Of a DNA stretch of 64,000 nt, positions 31,224-42,107 are shown one piece after another. The translations under genes and the position numbers were made by a program. Origin of the DNA: an uncultured Clostridium sp. (GTDB lineage: Bacteria; Bacillota; Clostridia; TANB77; CAG-508); NCBI GenBank assembly GCA_946497695.1, contig CAMMLJ010000003.1, positions 19,310-83,309 on the forward strand. The letters run 5' to 3'. The first letter of the stretch is position 1, and each line of letters begins with the position of its first letter. The notes below the pieces were generated by a model. The model had not been told where the DNA came from. It made no database searches and saw nothing but the letters and a program-made list of their open reading frames with translations.

Positions 31224-31253
31224 TTTCCTCCAAGTATTAATTAACTTATAAAT

Positions 31254-31922
31254 TTAATCTATTTTTTCTACTATCTCATTTTTATTTTTGTATATAGAAT
31301 GTTCTGAAATTACTCCCCTTACCGAAGAAAGTGGATATATATTTGTATGTTTTCCTACTATAGTTCCTGGATTTAATATAGAACCACATCCAACTTCTAC
31401 TTCGTCACCTACCATTGCACCAAATTTTTTTAAACCTGTCTTAATTTGCTCTTTGCCTTTTTTTACAATTACTAATTTTTTATCTGATTTAACATTAGAA
31501 GTAATTGAACCTGCTCCCATATGTGCTTTATAGCCTAATATAGAATCACCAACATAGTTATAATGTGGAACTTGTACTTTATTAAATAATATTACACCTT
31601 TTAGCTCTGTCGAGTTACCTACTACTGCACCTTCTCCAACAATAACTTTTCCTCTAATAAATGCACAATGTCTTACTTCTGCATTATTACCAATTATTGT
31701 AGGACCTGCAATATATGCTGTTGGTGCTACTTTAGCACTTTTAGCAATCCAAATATTTTCTCCTTTTTGCTCATACTCATCTTTTGGTAAGGTTTTACCT
31801 AAATTTATAATAAATTCTTCTAGCTTTGGTAAAACTTCCCATGGATAAGTAACACCTTCAAAAATATCCTTGGCGATAGTTTCATCTAAATTATATAAAT
31901 TTTCTACTTTACACTCTTCCAT
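31254..31922 (-). CDS. stand-alone hexapeptide (LbH) acetyltransferase, GlmU C-terminal-like
   Basis: YPWE, RHCAFIRG, GNSTELK, PHYNYVGDSILG, KKFGA. Confidence 0.85.
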   Translation of the reverse strand: MEECKVENLYNLDETIAKDIFEGVTYPWEVLPKLEEFIINLGKTLPKDEYEQKGENIWIAKSAKVAPTAYIAGPTIIGNNAEVRHCAFIRGKVIVGEGAVVGNSTELKGVILFNKVQVPHYNYVGDSILGYKAHMGAGSITSNVKSDKKLVIVKKGKEQIKTGLKKFGAMVGDEVEVGCGSILNPGTIVGKHTNIYPLSSVRGVISEHSIYKNKNEIVEKID

Positions 31923-33162
31923 TTTGTTTCCTCCAATAATCATTATATAGCTTACTTGCTGTAGCAGGACTGTCTACTCCTTCTCTATTTTTTACTGGTG
32001 CAAAATCCTCTTCTCTTTTTCCTCTTACAATAGAAATCTGATTAAAAAACTCGAATGAATCAAATATAAAATATTCAAATTTATATGCATTTGGTTTTTC
32101 TGGCTCTATCATTTTTCCATTTTTGTCCATGTAACTATATTTTTTGTACGCCTTATGATACTGCAAATCTTTTAAACTTATTTTTTCTAGTGCTTTTAAA
32201 CTAAATAAATTACACATTACATGTGATTCCCCAAATAGGATATCACCATTTTCGTCTTTTGCCTCTATCATGTCTTCTGGAAGTTCTGAATATTCGATAA
32301 CTTTAACTTTTCCATCTTGAATGCATAAAGAACCTATTCTTTCTCTTGGTGTATTTTTGAATATGGATCTTGTTGCGATTTCTGATTTTTCTTTAATTGC
32401 TACTCCCATTAGTAATGTATCTACCATTTTTAATAAAACATTATCTATAGAACCTATGTATATCCATTCAATTCCTTTTTCCTTCATATCATCTAGTACA
32501 CCTTTCATGTACATAGATTTAAATATACTTCCATTACCATCTGATGCTTTCTTAATGTTGTAATCTTCATCTAACATTATTTGTCCATCTTCTGTTATTA
32601 ATGGTAATTCACCTTGTTCGAAAAAACCTACATATTCTTTATTATATCCAAAATAATTATGTTCTTCCATAAAATCTACTATTTCTTGATTGTTTTCGTG
32701 ACTTGTCATAATATACCATGGAATTATAGTATTATATTGTTTATTTGCTCTTTGTAAAGTTTCTACTATTATCTCGAATAGATACTTTGGCTTTGGCTCT
32801 ACATCTATTTTAAAAGTTCCCTTTGCTCCTTTATAGCCTAATCTTGTTCCTTGACCTCCAGACATTGTTGCTACTGCAAATTTTTTATTTCTTACAATAT
32901 CTGCTCCTATCTCTTCGTAAGCTTCTCTTTCTTCTTTAGATATTTTATCTGGATTTAATGATTTTATTGGTTTTAATTCACCAACATTTACTTCGGCTTC
33001 TTTTTTTATATTGTTATATAATTCTTTTAATTGCGGAAAATTAATATCTTTTAATTGTTCTATTATCTTATTCTTTGTTGTTTTATCTACATTTTCTAAT
33101 ATCTCTAAAGTTCTAGTCTGATTATATTTTTTTAAATTTTCTATTACTTTCTCATCCCTCAT
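31909..33162 (-). CDS. UDPGP type-1 (UAP1/AGX-like) UDP-sugar pyrophosphorylase
   Basis: SGGQGTRLG..GAKG, DGNG, IDN, EYSE, KFEYFIFD, FAPVKN. Confidence 0.9.
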   Translation of the reverse strand: MRDEKVIENLKKYNQTRTLEILENVDKTTKNKIIEQLKDINFPQLKELYNNIKKEAEVNVGELKPIKSLNPDKISKEEREAYEEIGADIVRNKKFAVATMSGGQGTRLGYKGAKGTFKIDVEPKPKYLFEIIVETLQRANKQYNTIIPWYIMTSHENNQEIVDFMEEHNYFGYNKEYVGFFEQGELPLITEDGQIMLDEDYNIKKASDGNGSIFKSMYMKGVLDDMKEKGIEWIYIGSIDNVLLKMVDTLLMGVAIKEKSEIATRSIFKNTPRERIGSLCIQDGKVKVIEYSELPEDMIEAKDENGDILFGESHVMCNLFSLKALEKISLKDLQYHKAYKKYSYMDKNGKMIEPEKPNAYKFEYFIFDSFEFFNQISIVRGKREEDFAPVKNREGVDSPATASKLYNDYWRKQNGRV

Positions 33163-33330
33163 ATTAAACCTCCGATTCACCGTTTTATTTTATCATATGC
33201 TTCCTTATTTTGCAATGTTTATAAATTCACTCTTATTTTTTACTTTTTATGGAATATCTTTACAAAACTACTAATATACTTAACTAAAGTAACTTAGTAC
33301 AAACATTTTCTATGAGGAGGTATTTTATAA

Positions 33331-34809
33331 ATGGAAAATATTAATGTATACGAAGATATTGCAAAACGTACAGCTGGTGATATCTATGTTGGTGTTGTTG
33401 GACCTGTTAGAACTGGTAAATCTACTTTTATAAAAAAATTTATGGATTTGTTAGTTATTCCTAATATTGAAAATGAATATAAAAAAGAACGTGCAACAGA
33501 TGAATTGCCACAAAGCGCCTCAGGAAGAACTATTATGACAACAGAGCCTAAATTTATTCCAAATGAAGCTGTAGAAATAACTATTGGTAATAATATTAAA
33601 TTAAGAACTAGATTAGTAGATTGTGTCGGATATTTAGTTAATAATGCTATAGGATATTTAGAAGATGATATGCCTAGAATGGTAAAAACGCCTTGGTCTG
33701 ACGAGGAAATTCCCTTTGAACAAGCAGCAGAAATAGGTACAAAGAAAGTAATACAAGAACATTCTACAATAGGTATTGTAATGACTACAGATGGTAGTTT
33801 TACAGATATTCCTAGAGAAGATTATATTAATGCAGAAGAACGTGTAATAGCTGAACTAAAGTCTTTAAATAAACCATTTGTAATCGTATTAAATTCTGAA
33901 AATCCTAATTCCGAACCTGCGAAAGAATTAGCAAAAAAACTCGAAGCAAAATATGAAACAACTGTAATTTGCATTAATTGTTCTGAATTAACTCTTGATG
34001 ATATAAATATTATATTTTCTAAGGTTTTATATGAATTCCCTATTAATCAAATTAATATTAATTTTCCAAAATGGGTAGATATATTAGCTGAAACACATCA
34101 ATTAAAAAATACATTATTGACTGATTTAAAAACAGCCTTTGATAAAGTAAAAATATTAAAGCAAATTGATAGTTGTATTCAAAAGTTATCAACTTCTGAA
34201 ATTATACAACAAGCATGTGTTAATAAAATTGAACTTGGAACTGGAAGTGTCTATATATCTATTGAACTTGAGGAAACCCTATTTTATAATGTATTAACCG
34301 AAATTTCTGGTATTTCAATTTCTAATGATGGAGATTTATTTAAAACAATGGCTGAATTTTCAGAGGTAAAAAAAGAATATGATAAAATATCTTTTGCCTT
34401 AGAAGAAGTTAAAGCCAAAGGCTATGGTATCGTTACCCCTTCAATTGATGAGTTAATATTAGATGAACCTGAGATGGTTAAACAAGGTTCTAGATTTGGT
34501 GTAAAACTTAAAGCGAAAGCTCCTTCTATACATATGATACGAGCTGATATAGAGACAGAAGTATCCCCAATAGTAGGTTCCGAAAAACAATCTGAGGAAT
34601 TAGTAAACTATTTATTAGCTGAATTCGAAAACGATCCTAAAAAGATTTGGGAATCTAATATTTTTGGTAAAAGCTTACATGAACTTGTTAACGAAGGTTT
34701 ACAAAGTAAACTAGCTCATATGCCAGAAGATGCACAGATAAAATTACAAGAAACATTAGAGCGAATCGTAAATGAAGGTAGTGGTGGATTAATTTGTATA
34801 ATATTATAA
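33331..34809 (+). CDS. spoIVA: stage IV sporulation protein A
   Basis: GVVGPVRTGKSTFIKKF, DELPQS, NEGSGGLICIIL. Confidence 0.98.
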   Translation: MENINVYEDIAKRTAGDIYVGVVGPVRTGKSTFIKKFMDLLVIPNIENEYKKERATDELPQSASGRTIMTTEPKFIPNEAVEITIGNNIKLRTRLVDCVGYLVNNAIGYLEDDMPRMVKTPWSDEEIPFEQAAEIGTKKVIQEHSTIGIVMTTDGSFTDIPREDYINAEERVIAELKSLNKPFVIVLNSENPNSEPAKELAKKLEAKYETTVICINCSELTLDDINIIFSKVLYEFPINQININFPKWVDILAETHQLKNTLLTDLKTAFDKVKILKQIDSCIQKLSTSEIIQQACVNKIELGTGSVYISIELEETLFYNVLTEISGISISNDGDLFKTMAEFSEVKKEYDKISFALEEVKAKGYGIVTPSIDELILDEPEMVKQGSRFGVKLKAKAPSIHMIRADIETEVSPIVGSEKQSEELVNYLLAEFENDPKKIWESNIFGKSLHELVNEGLQSKLAHMPEDAQIKLQETLERIVNEGSGGLICIIL

Positions 34810-34830
34810 AAGCAGGACATAAACCTGCTT

Positions 34831-35358
34831 TTATGCTATTTTCTCTATATCTATTCTTGCCCTCGGATAAGTTATATCTTCAATTGTAACAGCCTGTAAT
34901 TTTAACTTATCACCAGCATTTAATTTTAGTATAACAGTTCCAGTTAACGTAATTCTATTTTCCGTATTTTGTCTTAAAATTGGACCTTCATTAAAAGTAT
35001 TTTCTATCGCTGTATTATTTACAAGCAAGACACAATTAAGATTGAAAGAACCTAAGTTTTCTGATATTCCATATAGCTGATATGATATTTGGTATACTCC
35101 ACTTTCATTTATATCTATTTCATCACTACTACCTGTATGTGATAGTGCATTTCCGAGTACTACATCATTTTGGCTAAATTTTATAGTTGTTGTTCCAACT
35201 TCTGGATTATCCTCACTTCCTGCTATCGCTGTTAATATATTTTTTTGTTCTGGCATAATTGCTACTGGTATAAAAATAATTATAAAAACACATAATATTA
35301 ATACAGCTAATATACAGCCATTTAATATATTTTCTTTATTATTTTTGCAACAATACAT
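34831..35358 (-). CDS. BclA C-terminal-like (C1q fold) spore surface protein
   Basis: GNALSH...I..SGVYQISY...ILKLNAGDKL; Cys N-terminus plus TM; sigma-K-like AC-16-CATAnnnT upstream. Confidence 0.65.
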   Translation of the reverse strand: MYCCKNNKENILNGCILAVLILCVFIIIFIPVAIMPEQKNILTAIAGSEDNPEVGTTTIKFSQNDVVLGNALSHTGSSDEIDINESGVYQISYQLYGISENLGSFNLNCVLLVNNTAIENTFNEGPILRQNTENRITLTGTVILKLNAGDKLKLQAVTIEDITYPRARIDIEKIA

Positions 35359-35477
35359 AATAATTCCTCCATAATATATTTTATGAGGAATTTATTTATT
35401 TGTGAGCTGTATATAAAGTAAAATACAGGTAAAAGCTTTACACTTTTACCTGTATCTTATTCAAGCATGTCACATTA

Positions 35478-36467
35478 TTAACTAAAATCTTTTTCTACTA
35501 CAACCTTCATCGGAATTTTGATGCAGCTCTCATTTAAATCAATTAAAGGTGTACCTAACTTAATCTCGATTCCTTCAGTCACACCTAATCTTACCAGTTG
35601 ATCCTCTTCGTATTTTACAATAGCAATATTATTACCATTCGTTATTACAAAGAAGTCTTCTAAGCCTTCTATTTTCTCTTCTAATGGCATTATATCGTCT
35701 GCATCTACATCCAGCATATAGATATCATCTGAGACACCTACCATGTAGAGATCCTCTCCTTTGCTGGCTAAGTATCTGTATGGAGCAGGCAACCATTCTA
35801 CTTCTTCTACCTCATCAAAGGTATGGAGTACAGATGCCTTTCCTTCTGCAAGTACTACTATGATATTTCCTAGCAATTGCGGAGAAAATATATCTTGTGG
35901 CATTTCGGGCATCGGAAAATTAATTTTTTCCAAATGATAATTACCATCTTTGTATTTTAGCGCAAAACAGTAATAACATTCGGAAGAATCTTCCAGAGAT
36001 TTTGCAACTATCAATCTTACTTTTTCAAGCCAGTTCATTCTCCTACTTTCGAGAACAACTTTATCGATTGCATAATTATAGATCATGTAGCGATAATCAT
36101 TGTCATATAACAGGATAAATGGGAATGGTTCTAGCCTCTTCATCTCCACGTATCCTGTGAAGATTTCCAAAGTCTTTTTCTCATCCGTAGTTACTTCATA
36201 TAGCTCTTCATCAGTCTGGAACATAAGTGAACCTCTCCACTTGTTATACCAGACTTCAAAATTATGATTTAGACTCTCCAATATGATTTTGGTTTTCCTT
36301 GTTACATAAATCCCCTGGCTATTGTTCTTAAAAATCCGGATATTATACTCTTTTAATTTAGTATAATACACACTTTCTTTTGTTACTTCTTTTACCCAGC
36401 CTTCACACATGCAGAGCAGCTGAATTTTAATTAACAATGTTTCTAAAAAACCTTTGAACTTTTTCAT
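35478..36467 (-). CDS. acidic orphan protein
   Basis: AGGAGG RBS before MKKFK; TTGACA-18-TATAAT at 36556-36527; hairpin 35423-35455. Confidence 0.75.
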   Translation of the reverse strand: MKKFKGFLETLLIKIQLLCMCEGWVKEVTKESVYYTKLKEYNIRIFKNNSQGIYVTRKTKIILESLNHNFEVWYNKWRGSLMFQTDEELYEVTTDEKKTLEIFTGYVEMKRLEPFPFILLYDNDYRYMIYNYAIDKVVLESRRMNWLEKVRLIVAKSLEDSSECYYCFALKYKDGNYHLEKINFPMPEMPQDIFSPQLLGNIIVVLAEGKASVLHTFDEVEEVEWLPAPYRYLASKGEDLYMVGVSDDIYMLDVDADDIMPLEEKIEGLEDFFVITNGNNIAIVKYEEDQLVRLGVTEGIEIKLGTPLIDLNESCIKIPMKVVVEKDFS

Positions 36468-36598
36468 GCTTTTTCCTCCTGGCATTACGCCTTCTTGAAT
36501 AATTTTGTCAACATGCTATCTAATTTATTATAGCATACGTGTAAATTATGTGTCAATTTATGTAAATTAGTAGTATTATTGTTATATAGCAAATAATT

Positions 36599-37720
36599 TT
36601 ATTCATAATCTTCTGTACTCAACTCTGGATATATAAATAAAGAGCCTCCTTCTGATACTTGCCCACTTGGGAAATGGGTTTTACTAAAGTTTATCTCCCC
36701 TTTTAGGAAATATCTAGTTTTAGTTGATGTAGGAGCTTTTCCACTACCTATAATCGTTGGATCATCCCAAGTAACATCTACAGCATACCATTTATTATTA
36801 AGCATAACATAATTCCAAGCATGAGCTTCTGTTTGACCTGCAGAATTAGTCCCTGTTCCTACAATTTCGACACATGGTATATCTACAGCATCTAATAGAT
36901 ATTTAAAAGATTCTGCATATCCTTCACAAACTACACTTTTTTCCACTAATGCACCATAAATATTTCTAGTATGTAATTTATTCATTGATGAATCGTACTC
37001 TATATAATCTACTAAAAAATCATGTATTCTTTTTACTTTAGTATATGGGTCATCACTTGCTACCTGACTTGCAATATCTGCTTTAATAGCCTCTAATCTA
37101 TTTAATGCATTATCAACATCTGTCTTTGAAGCAAATCCTTCTACTAAATAACTTCCTACCTCTGATGGTTCTATTGAAACTTCATATTTCGTTCCAAAAA
37201 TGTTAGTAGTTGAATATATCATTAATACCATTTTAGTTACATCTATATAAAATACTTCCGGATAATCTAATCCAAATGCATCTAGTGCTGCTTGATAAGC
37301 CACATTTAATCTTTCTTTCCCATTAGCTTCATTTAATAGTCCATTAAATTTCTCTCCAAATTCAATCTTAGCAGTACCTGTTTTTAAATTTTCTATATTA
37401 GATTCAACTGCCGAATATATTATTTTCGCATTTGAATCTAGTTGATCATAATAGTATTTATATTTTTTAGTTGCTACTGTAGTTCCTGTATTTTTGTTTG
37501 TAGTTTGAACATCTAGTTGGCTAGCTAATAGCGAATTAGAACTACTTCCTGTTGGTTCTAATGGCTTAATCGTTTCATTACTAACTTCATTTGTTCCTGT
37601 AACTAATGACAAAATATCAGTTGTATCTATTCCCATATATTGGATAAAAGCATACACCATTCCGCCAATTATTCCTAAGATTAAAACTATTAATATAAAT
37701 GTTAAAATTCTATTTTTCAT
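36599..37720 (-). CDS. membrane-anchored transglutaminase-like protein
   Basis: VCEGYA, HAWN, DVTWDD catalytic triad motifs. Confidence 0.9.
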   Translation of the reverse strand: MKNRILTFILIVLILGIIGGMVYAFIQYMGIDTTDILSLVTGTNEVSNETIKPLEPTGSSSNSLLASQLDVQTTNKNTGTTVATKKYKYYYDQLDSNAKIIYSAVESNIENLKTGTAKIEFGEKFNGLLNEANGKERLNVAYQAALDAFGLDYPEVFYIDVTKMVLMIYSTTNIFGTKYEVSIEPSEVGSYLVEGFASKTDVDNALNRLEAIKADIASQVASDDPYTKVKRIHDFLVDYIEYDSSMNKLHTRNIYGALVEKSVVCEGYAESFKYLLDAVDIPCVEIVGTGTNSAGQTEAHAWNYVMLNNKWYAVDVTWDDPTIIGSGKAPTSTKTRYFLKGEINFSKTHFPSGQVSEGGSLFIYPELSTEDYE

Positions 37721-37893
37721 AAAAATCTCCTATTTTTTATTATCTATTTTACTAATATACTCTTTGCTATGCAAATCAATTTAATTATATCATTTATGTT
37801 ATAAAATTGTATATAGTAATTTTTTCAAAATTATACATATTTTTTTATGTACTGGAAATGCTAATTTTAATAATTATATATAGGAGTATATTA

Positions 37894-39576
37894 ATGGATT
37901 TTTCAAGCTTAAAGCAATCTTTTACAAAATTAATAACCTATAAAGGTCCCGAAGATTCATATGATTTTTCTTTAAATATTTCTACTTCTAAAAACGTAAC
38001 ACACGAATCTAATGAAAAGGTTTCTTCTAATTTAAAAGCTAATAAAGATATCATAGATAGAAAATATAATACTTTAATAAATAGTGACATTATAATTAGA
38101 AAATTCAAGTTAAAATCTAATAATAAATCTTACTCTGCCTTTATTGTTTATATTGATGGTATGTCAGACTCAACTTTAATTAATCAATTTATATTACAGC
38201 CTTTAATGTTAAGAAATAAAGCAAATATGTACAAAACCCAGAGTCTAAAAACCATTACTAAAAATAAAAAAATTATTATCCAAAAAGATTCTAATGACTT
38301 GGCAGTGGAAATAGAAAATTCATTATTACCTCAAAATTCTTTAGTAAGAGAAACAGAGTTTAATAATATTTTTTCTGCTATTAATATGGGAAATTGTGTA
38401 CTTTTCGTAGATACCTTAGCTATTGCTTTTAATTTAGATGTAAAAGGATTTAAACAACGCAGTGTAAGTTCTCCAAATAACGAAATAATTATTAAAGGTC
38501 CTCAAGAAGCCTTTGTAGAATCAATTCGAGTAAATACTTCTCTATTACGTAGAGCAACAAATACTGAAAATTTAGTTATAGAAAATATTTTAGTTGGAAA
38601 GCTAAGTAAAACACCATGTGCTATATGTTATTTAAAAAATATAGCAAATTCAGATTTAGTTGCAGAAGTTAGATATCGTTTAAATAATTTAAAAATAGAT
38701 ACACTTTTATCTACTGGACAACTAGAACAGTTAATATGTGAAGATACTAATTATAATATTCCACAAGTCTTATCAAGCGAAAGACCAGATAAAGCAGCAA
38801 AAAATCTATATGCAGGAAGAGTCGTAATCTTAGTAAATGGTAACCCTTATTGCATTATTTTGCCTGCTACAATGGTTGACTTCATCTCTTCTCCTGAAGA
38901 TACAAATTTAAGACCTAGGTTTGCTAATTTTTTAAAATTTCTAAGGTTCTTAGCTATGCTAATAACTCTGTTACTTCCTGCCACATATATTGCAATAGTA
39001 AATTTTCACCAAGAGTTATTACCAACCGAGTTACTATTTTCTCTATGGGCATCAAGGGAAAATGTCCCTTTTCCGATTATTTTCGAATTATTAGTAATGG
39101 AGATTTCGTTCGAATTGATTAGAGAAGCAGGTCTTCGTGTTCCATCTCCTATTGGTCCTACAATCGGAATAGTAGGAGCACTAGTTTTAGGACAAGCTGC
39201 AGTAAGTGCTAGTATTGTAAGTCCATTCCTTATAATAATTGTTGCAATTACTGGTATCGCTTCCTTCGCTATTCCAGACTTTTCTTTTGGATTTCACTTA
39301 AGAATTACTAGATTTTTATTTACAATAGCTGCATATATTGCAGGATTTTTAGGAATTGCAATCGGTTTATACATTTACTTGTGTATTCTTTGTAGTATAA
39401 AATCGTTTGGTGTTCCATATTTAAATCCTAATGACACTATCAAATTTAATAAAAAATCTAATAATCTATTTGTTATGCCGACTTGGATGCAAGAGTTTAG
39501 ACATACCTATCTTCATCCCAAAAAAGAGCGTGCACAGAACAATATAAGTATGAAATGGAGGCATCCTAATGAATAA
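37894..39576 (+). CDS. spore germinant receptor subunit A (GerA family)
   Basis: GPQEAFVE, ERPD, PFP, ELIREAG.RVP, IVGALVLGQAAV; start moved to MDFSS after AGGAG. Confidence 0.95.
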   Translation: MDFSSLKQSFTKLITYKGPEDSYDFSLNISTSKNVTHESNEKVSSNLKANKDIIDRKYNTLINSDIIIRKFKLKSNNKSYSAFIVYIDGMSDSTLINQFILQPLMLRNKANMYKTQSLKTITKNKKIIIQKDSNDLAVEIENSLLPQNSLVRETEFNNIFSAINMGNCVLFVDTLAIAFNLDVKGFKQRSVSSPNNEIIIKGPQEAFVESIRVNTSLLRRATNTENLVIENILVGKLSKTPCAICYLKNIANSDLVAEVRYRLNNLKIDTLLSTGQLEQLICEDTNYNIPQVLSSERPDKAAKNLYAGRVVILVNGNPYCIILPATMVDFISSPEDTNLRPRFANFLKFLRFLAMLITLLLPATYIAIVNFHQELLPTELLFSLWASRENVPFPIIFELLVMEISFELIREAGLRVPSPIGPTIGIVGALVLGQAAVSASIVSPFLIIIVAITGIASFAIPDFSFGFHLRITRFLFTIAAYIAGFLGIAIGLYIYLCILCSIKSFGVPYLNPNDTIKFNKKSNNLFVMPTWMQEFRHTYLHPKKERAQNNISMKWRHPNE

Positions 39577-40675
39577 TACAAAATTAAGTAATTTAGAAGC
39601 CATTGCATTAGTTCTTATTATAATTATAAATCATGTCATACTTAATTTTTCTAAAAGCATAATATCCAATACCGGTTCTGCCTCTGCTCTTAATATATTA
39701 TTTATTGGAATAATAGTTCTATTTTTTGTTCAATTACTACTATTTCTATTTAAACATTTTTCTGGTCAAGATATTTTAGATGTTTCACAATATCTAGGTG
39801 GCAAAGTACTAAAAATTATAACTGGTGTTTTATTTATAACTTATTTTATAGTTTTTACAAGTGTTTTACTTAGAAGTTTTTCGGAGAATTTAAAAATAAT
39901 ATATCTAGATAAACTTCCTATTATTGTAATTGTAATATTTTTTATTTTTGCAATTACTTTTGGAAACAAACTTGGTTTTAAAGTAATTTCAAAGGTTAAT
40001 TTACTAATATTACCTTTAATTATCATATGTATAGTATTTGTTCTACTTGCTAATTTTAAAAATTATGACTTTAATGGACTGTTTCCTATTTTGGGCAGTG
40101 GCTTTAAATCTACATTTATTACAGGTTTAAGTAATATGTTTGCATTTTCTAGCCTTTCTATACTTTATTTTTTGCCACCACTTGTAGAAGATGATACTTC
40201 CTTTAAAAAGATTGCAAGAATTTCTACTATTTTATCAATCATCTTATTCTTTTTTAGTATAATTTCTTTTTTATCACTGTTTCCTTTTATAAGAAATAGC
40301 GAAGAAATAATGGCATTATACCTTGCAACTAGATATATCGAATTTGGTAGGTTTTTCCAAAGACTTGATGCAATTTTCTTATTAATTTGGACAGTTGCTG
40401 TTATAAGTTACTTATGTATCGCAACTAGCCTTGCTATAAATGTATTTAAAAAAATTTCGAATATTGTAGATGCTAAAGGAGTTTTATATTGCTTCTCTGG
40501 TATTATTTTTATAATAAGTTTAATTCCTACTAATTTATCACAACTAAATTTTATCGAAATTAATATATTTAAATATGTTGTATTTATCTTATTATTTGCA
40601 TATAGTCCTTTAATTTTAATATTTGCTAATATAAAAAAGAGACTGAGAGGTGGGAAAAATGAAAAAGTTTCGTAA
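39569..40675 (+). CDS. spore germinant receptor subunit B
   Basis: about 10 TM, FPILGSG, FFQRLDAIF. Confidence 0.9.
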   Translation: MNNTKLSNLEAIALVLIIIINHVILNFSKSIISNTGSASALNILFIGIIVLFFVQLLLFLFKHFSGQDILDVSQYLGGKVLKIITGVLFITYFIVFTSVLLRSFSENLKIIYLDKLPIIVIVIFFIFAITFGNKLGFKVISKVNLLILPLIIICIVFVLLANFKNYDFNGLFPILGSGFKSTFITGLSNMFAFSSLSILYFLPPLVEDDTSFKKIARISTILSIILFFFSIISFLSLFPFIRNSEEIMALYLATRYIEFGRFFQRLDAIFLLIWTVAVISYLCIATSLAINVFKKISNIVDAKGVLYCFSGIIFIISLIPTNLSQLNFIEINIFKYVVFILLFAYSPLILIFANIKKRLRGGKNEKVS

Positions 40676-41897
40676 TTTTTTACTTTATATATTAGTATTT
40701 TGTGTTATTTCTAGCCTTATTTTCTCTCTTTCTGGTTGCTATAGTGTTCAAAGTATAGATGATTTAGCATATGTAGTTGCTCTCGGAATAGATTTAGGAC
40801 AAGATAATAATTTAGAACTTACTATACAGCTTACTTTTCCCAATAGTTCTGACAGCAGTTCTACCTCTGGTGAAGCTGCTCCAACAATTATAAATAGTGT
40901 GGAATGTTCCTCTATTAATAGTGGAATTAGTTTATTGAATAGTTATATTAGTAAAGAAATAAATCTATCACATTGTAAAGTATTAATATTTTCTGAAGTA
41001 ATTGCAAATAGGGGAATTGGGTCAGAAATTTATACCCTTTCTAATCAAGTAGAAATAAGGCCTGACTGTAATATAATTATCTCTAAGTCTTCTGCTAAAG
41101 AATATATTACAAATTCTAAACCAGAATTAGAAAACTTAGTAGCAAAATATTATGAGCTAACCCCATATTCTAATGAATATACTGGTCACATAGTAAATGC
41201 TACTATATCAACTTTTTTTAATTCTTTAAGTGCAAATTATAGTGACCCTGTAGCAATATTAGGAAACGGAAATAAACTAAAACTAAATTCTTCTGGTGAA
41301 TCTATAGATCCAGAACAAGAATTTAATATTGTTGCAGGAGAAAATCCATTAATAGAATATGATAGAAAAAGTGAAAATTTGGGTGTAGCTGTTTTCAAAC
41401 AAGATAAATTGGTTGGTGAATTAACAGCTTTTGAAAGTTTATTACATTCAATTTTAACAAATCAATTTGAATCTAGTGTTATTTCGATAAATAATCCATA
41501 TAAAGAAAATTCTTCTATAGATGTTGCACTTTATTCACATAAAGACACAAAAGTAGATGCTAGATTAGTTAATGGCTCACCTTATGTAAAATCTAAAGTA
41601 TATCTTAATGCCAGATTACTTTCGGTGGATAAAGAAGCGGAAAGTCTTACTCCGGAAAAAATTAAAGAATTAGAAACCTTGATTAACTCATATTTAGAAA
41701 ATGCATTTTTAAATTATCAATATAAAATAGCTAAAATATATGAAGCAGATATAGATAATGTAGGTAAAAATTTAATTAAACATTTTAAAAATGATAAAGA
41801 GTGGAGTACTTACAACTGGTCTGCAAATTATAAAAATACTTTTTTTGATATTGATGTAACAACAAATATTAAATCAAGCTTTTTATTATCAAGTTAG
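40659..41897 (+). CDS. spore germinant receptor subunit C (lipoprotein)
   Basis: lipobox LSGC, IDDLAYVVALGID, LSHCK, GVAVFKQDKLVG. Confidence 0.92.
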   Translation: MKKFRNFLLYILVFCVISSLIFSLSGCYSVQSIDDLAYVVALGIDLGQDNNLELTIQLTFPNSSDSSSTSGEAAPTIINSVECSSINSGISLLNSYISKEINLSHCKVLIFSEVIANRGIGSEIYTLSNQVEIRPDCNIIISKSSAKEYITNSKPELENLVAKYYELTPYSNEYTGHIVNATISTFFNSLSANYSDPVAILGNGNKLKLNSSGESIDPEQEFNIVAGENPLIEYDRKSENLGVAVFKQDKLVGELTAFESLLHSILTNQFESSVISINNPYKENSSIDVALYSHKDTKVDARLVNGSPYVKSKVYLNARLLSVDKEAESLTPEKIKELETLINSYLENAFLNYQYKIAKIYEADIDNVGKNLIKHFKNDKEWSTYNWSANYKNTFFDIDVTTNIKSSFLLSS

Positions 41898-41905
41898 GAG
41901 TTTTT

Positions 41906-42070
41906 ATGTTTTTTGTAATTTTAATTATTTCTATTATTATTTTTTGTAAAACTATTAATTATGCAATTTATGAAATTAAAATGAATAGTAATAAATCTGC
42001 TGGTATTACCATTATTATTATGGCATTTATGATTTTAATTTTTGCTCCTTTTATTAGTTTATTTAGATAA
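41906..42070 (+). CDS. 54-aa two-TM protein, putative germinant receptor D subunit
   Basis: AGGAG RBS overlapping gerC stop; MFFVILIISIIIFCKTINYAIYEIKMNSNKSAGITIIIMAFMILIFAPFISLFR. Confidence 0.65.
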   Translation: MFFVILIISIIIFCKTINYAIYEIKMNSNKSAGITIIIMAFMILIFAPFISLFR

Positions 42071-42107
42071 ATTAATGCACATACGAGAAGAAAGTCTTTA
42101 GTATAAC

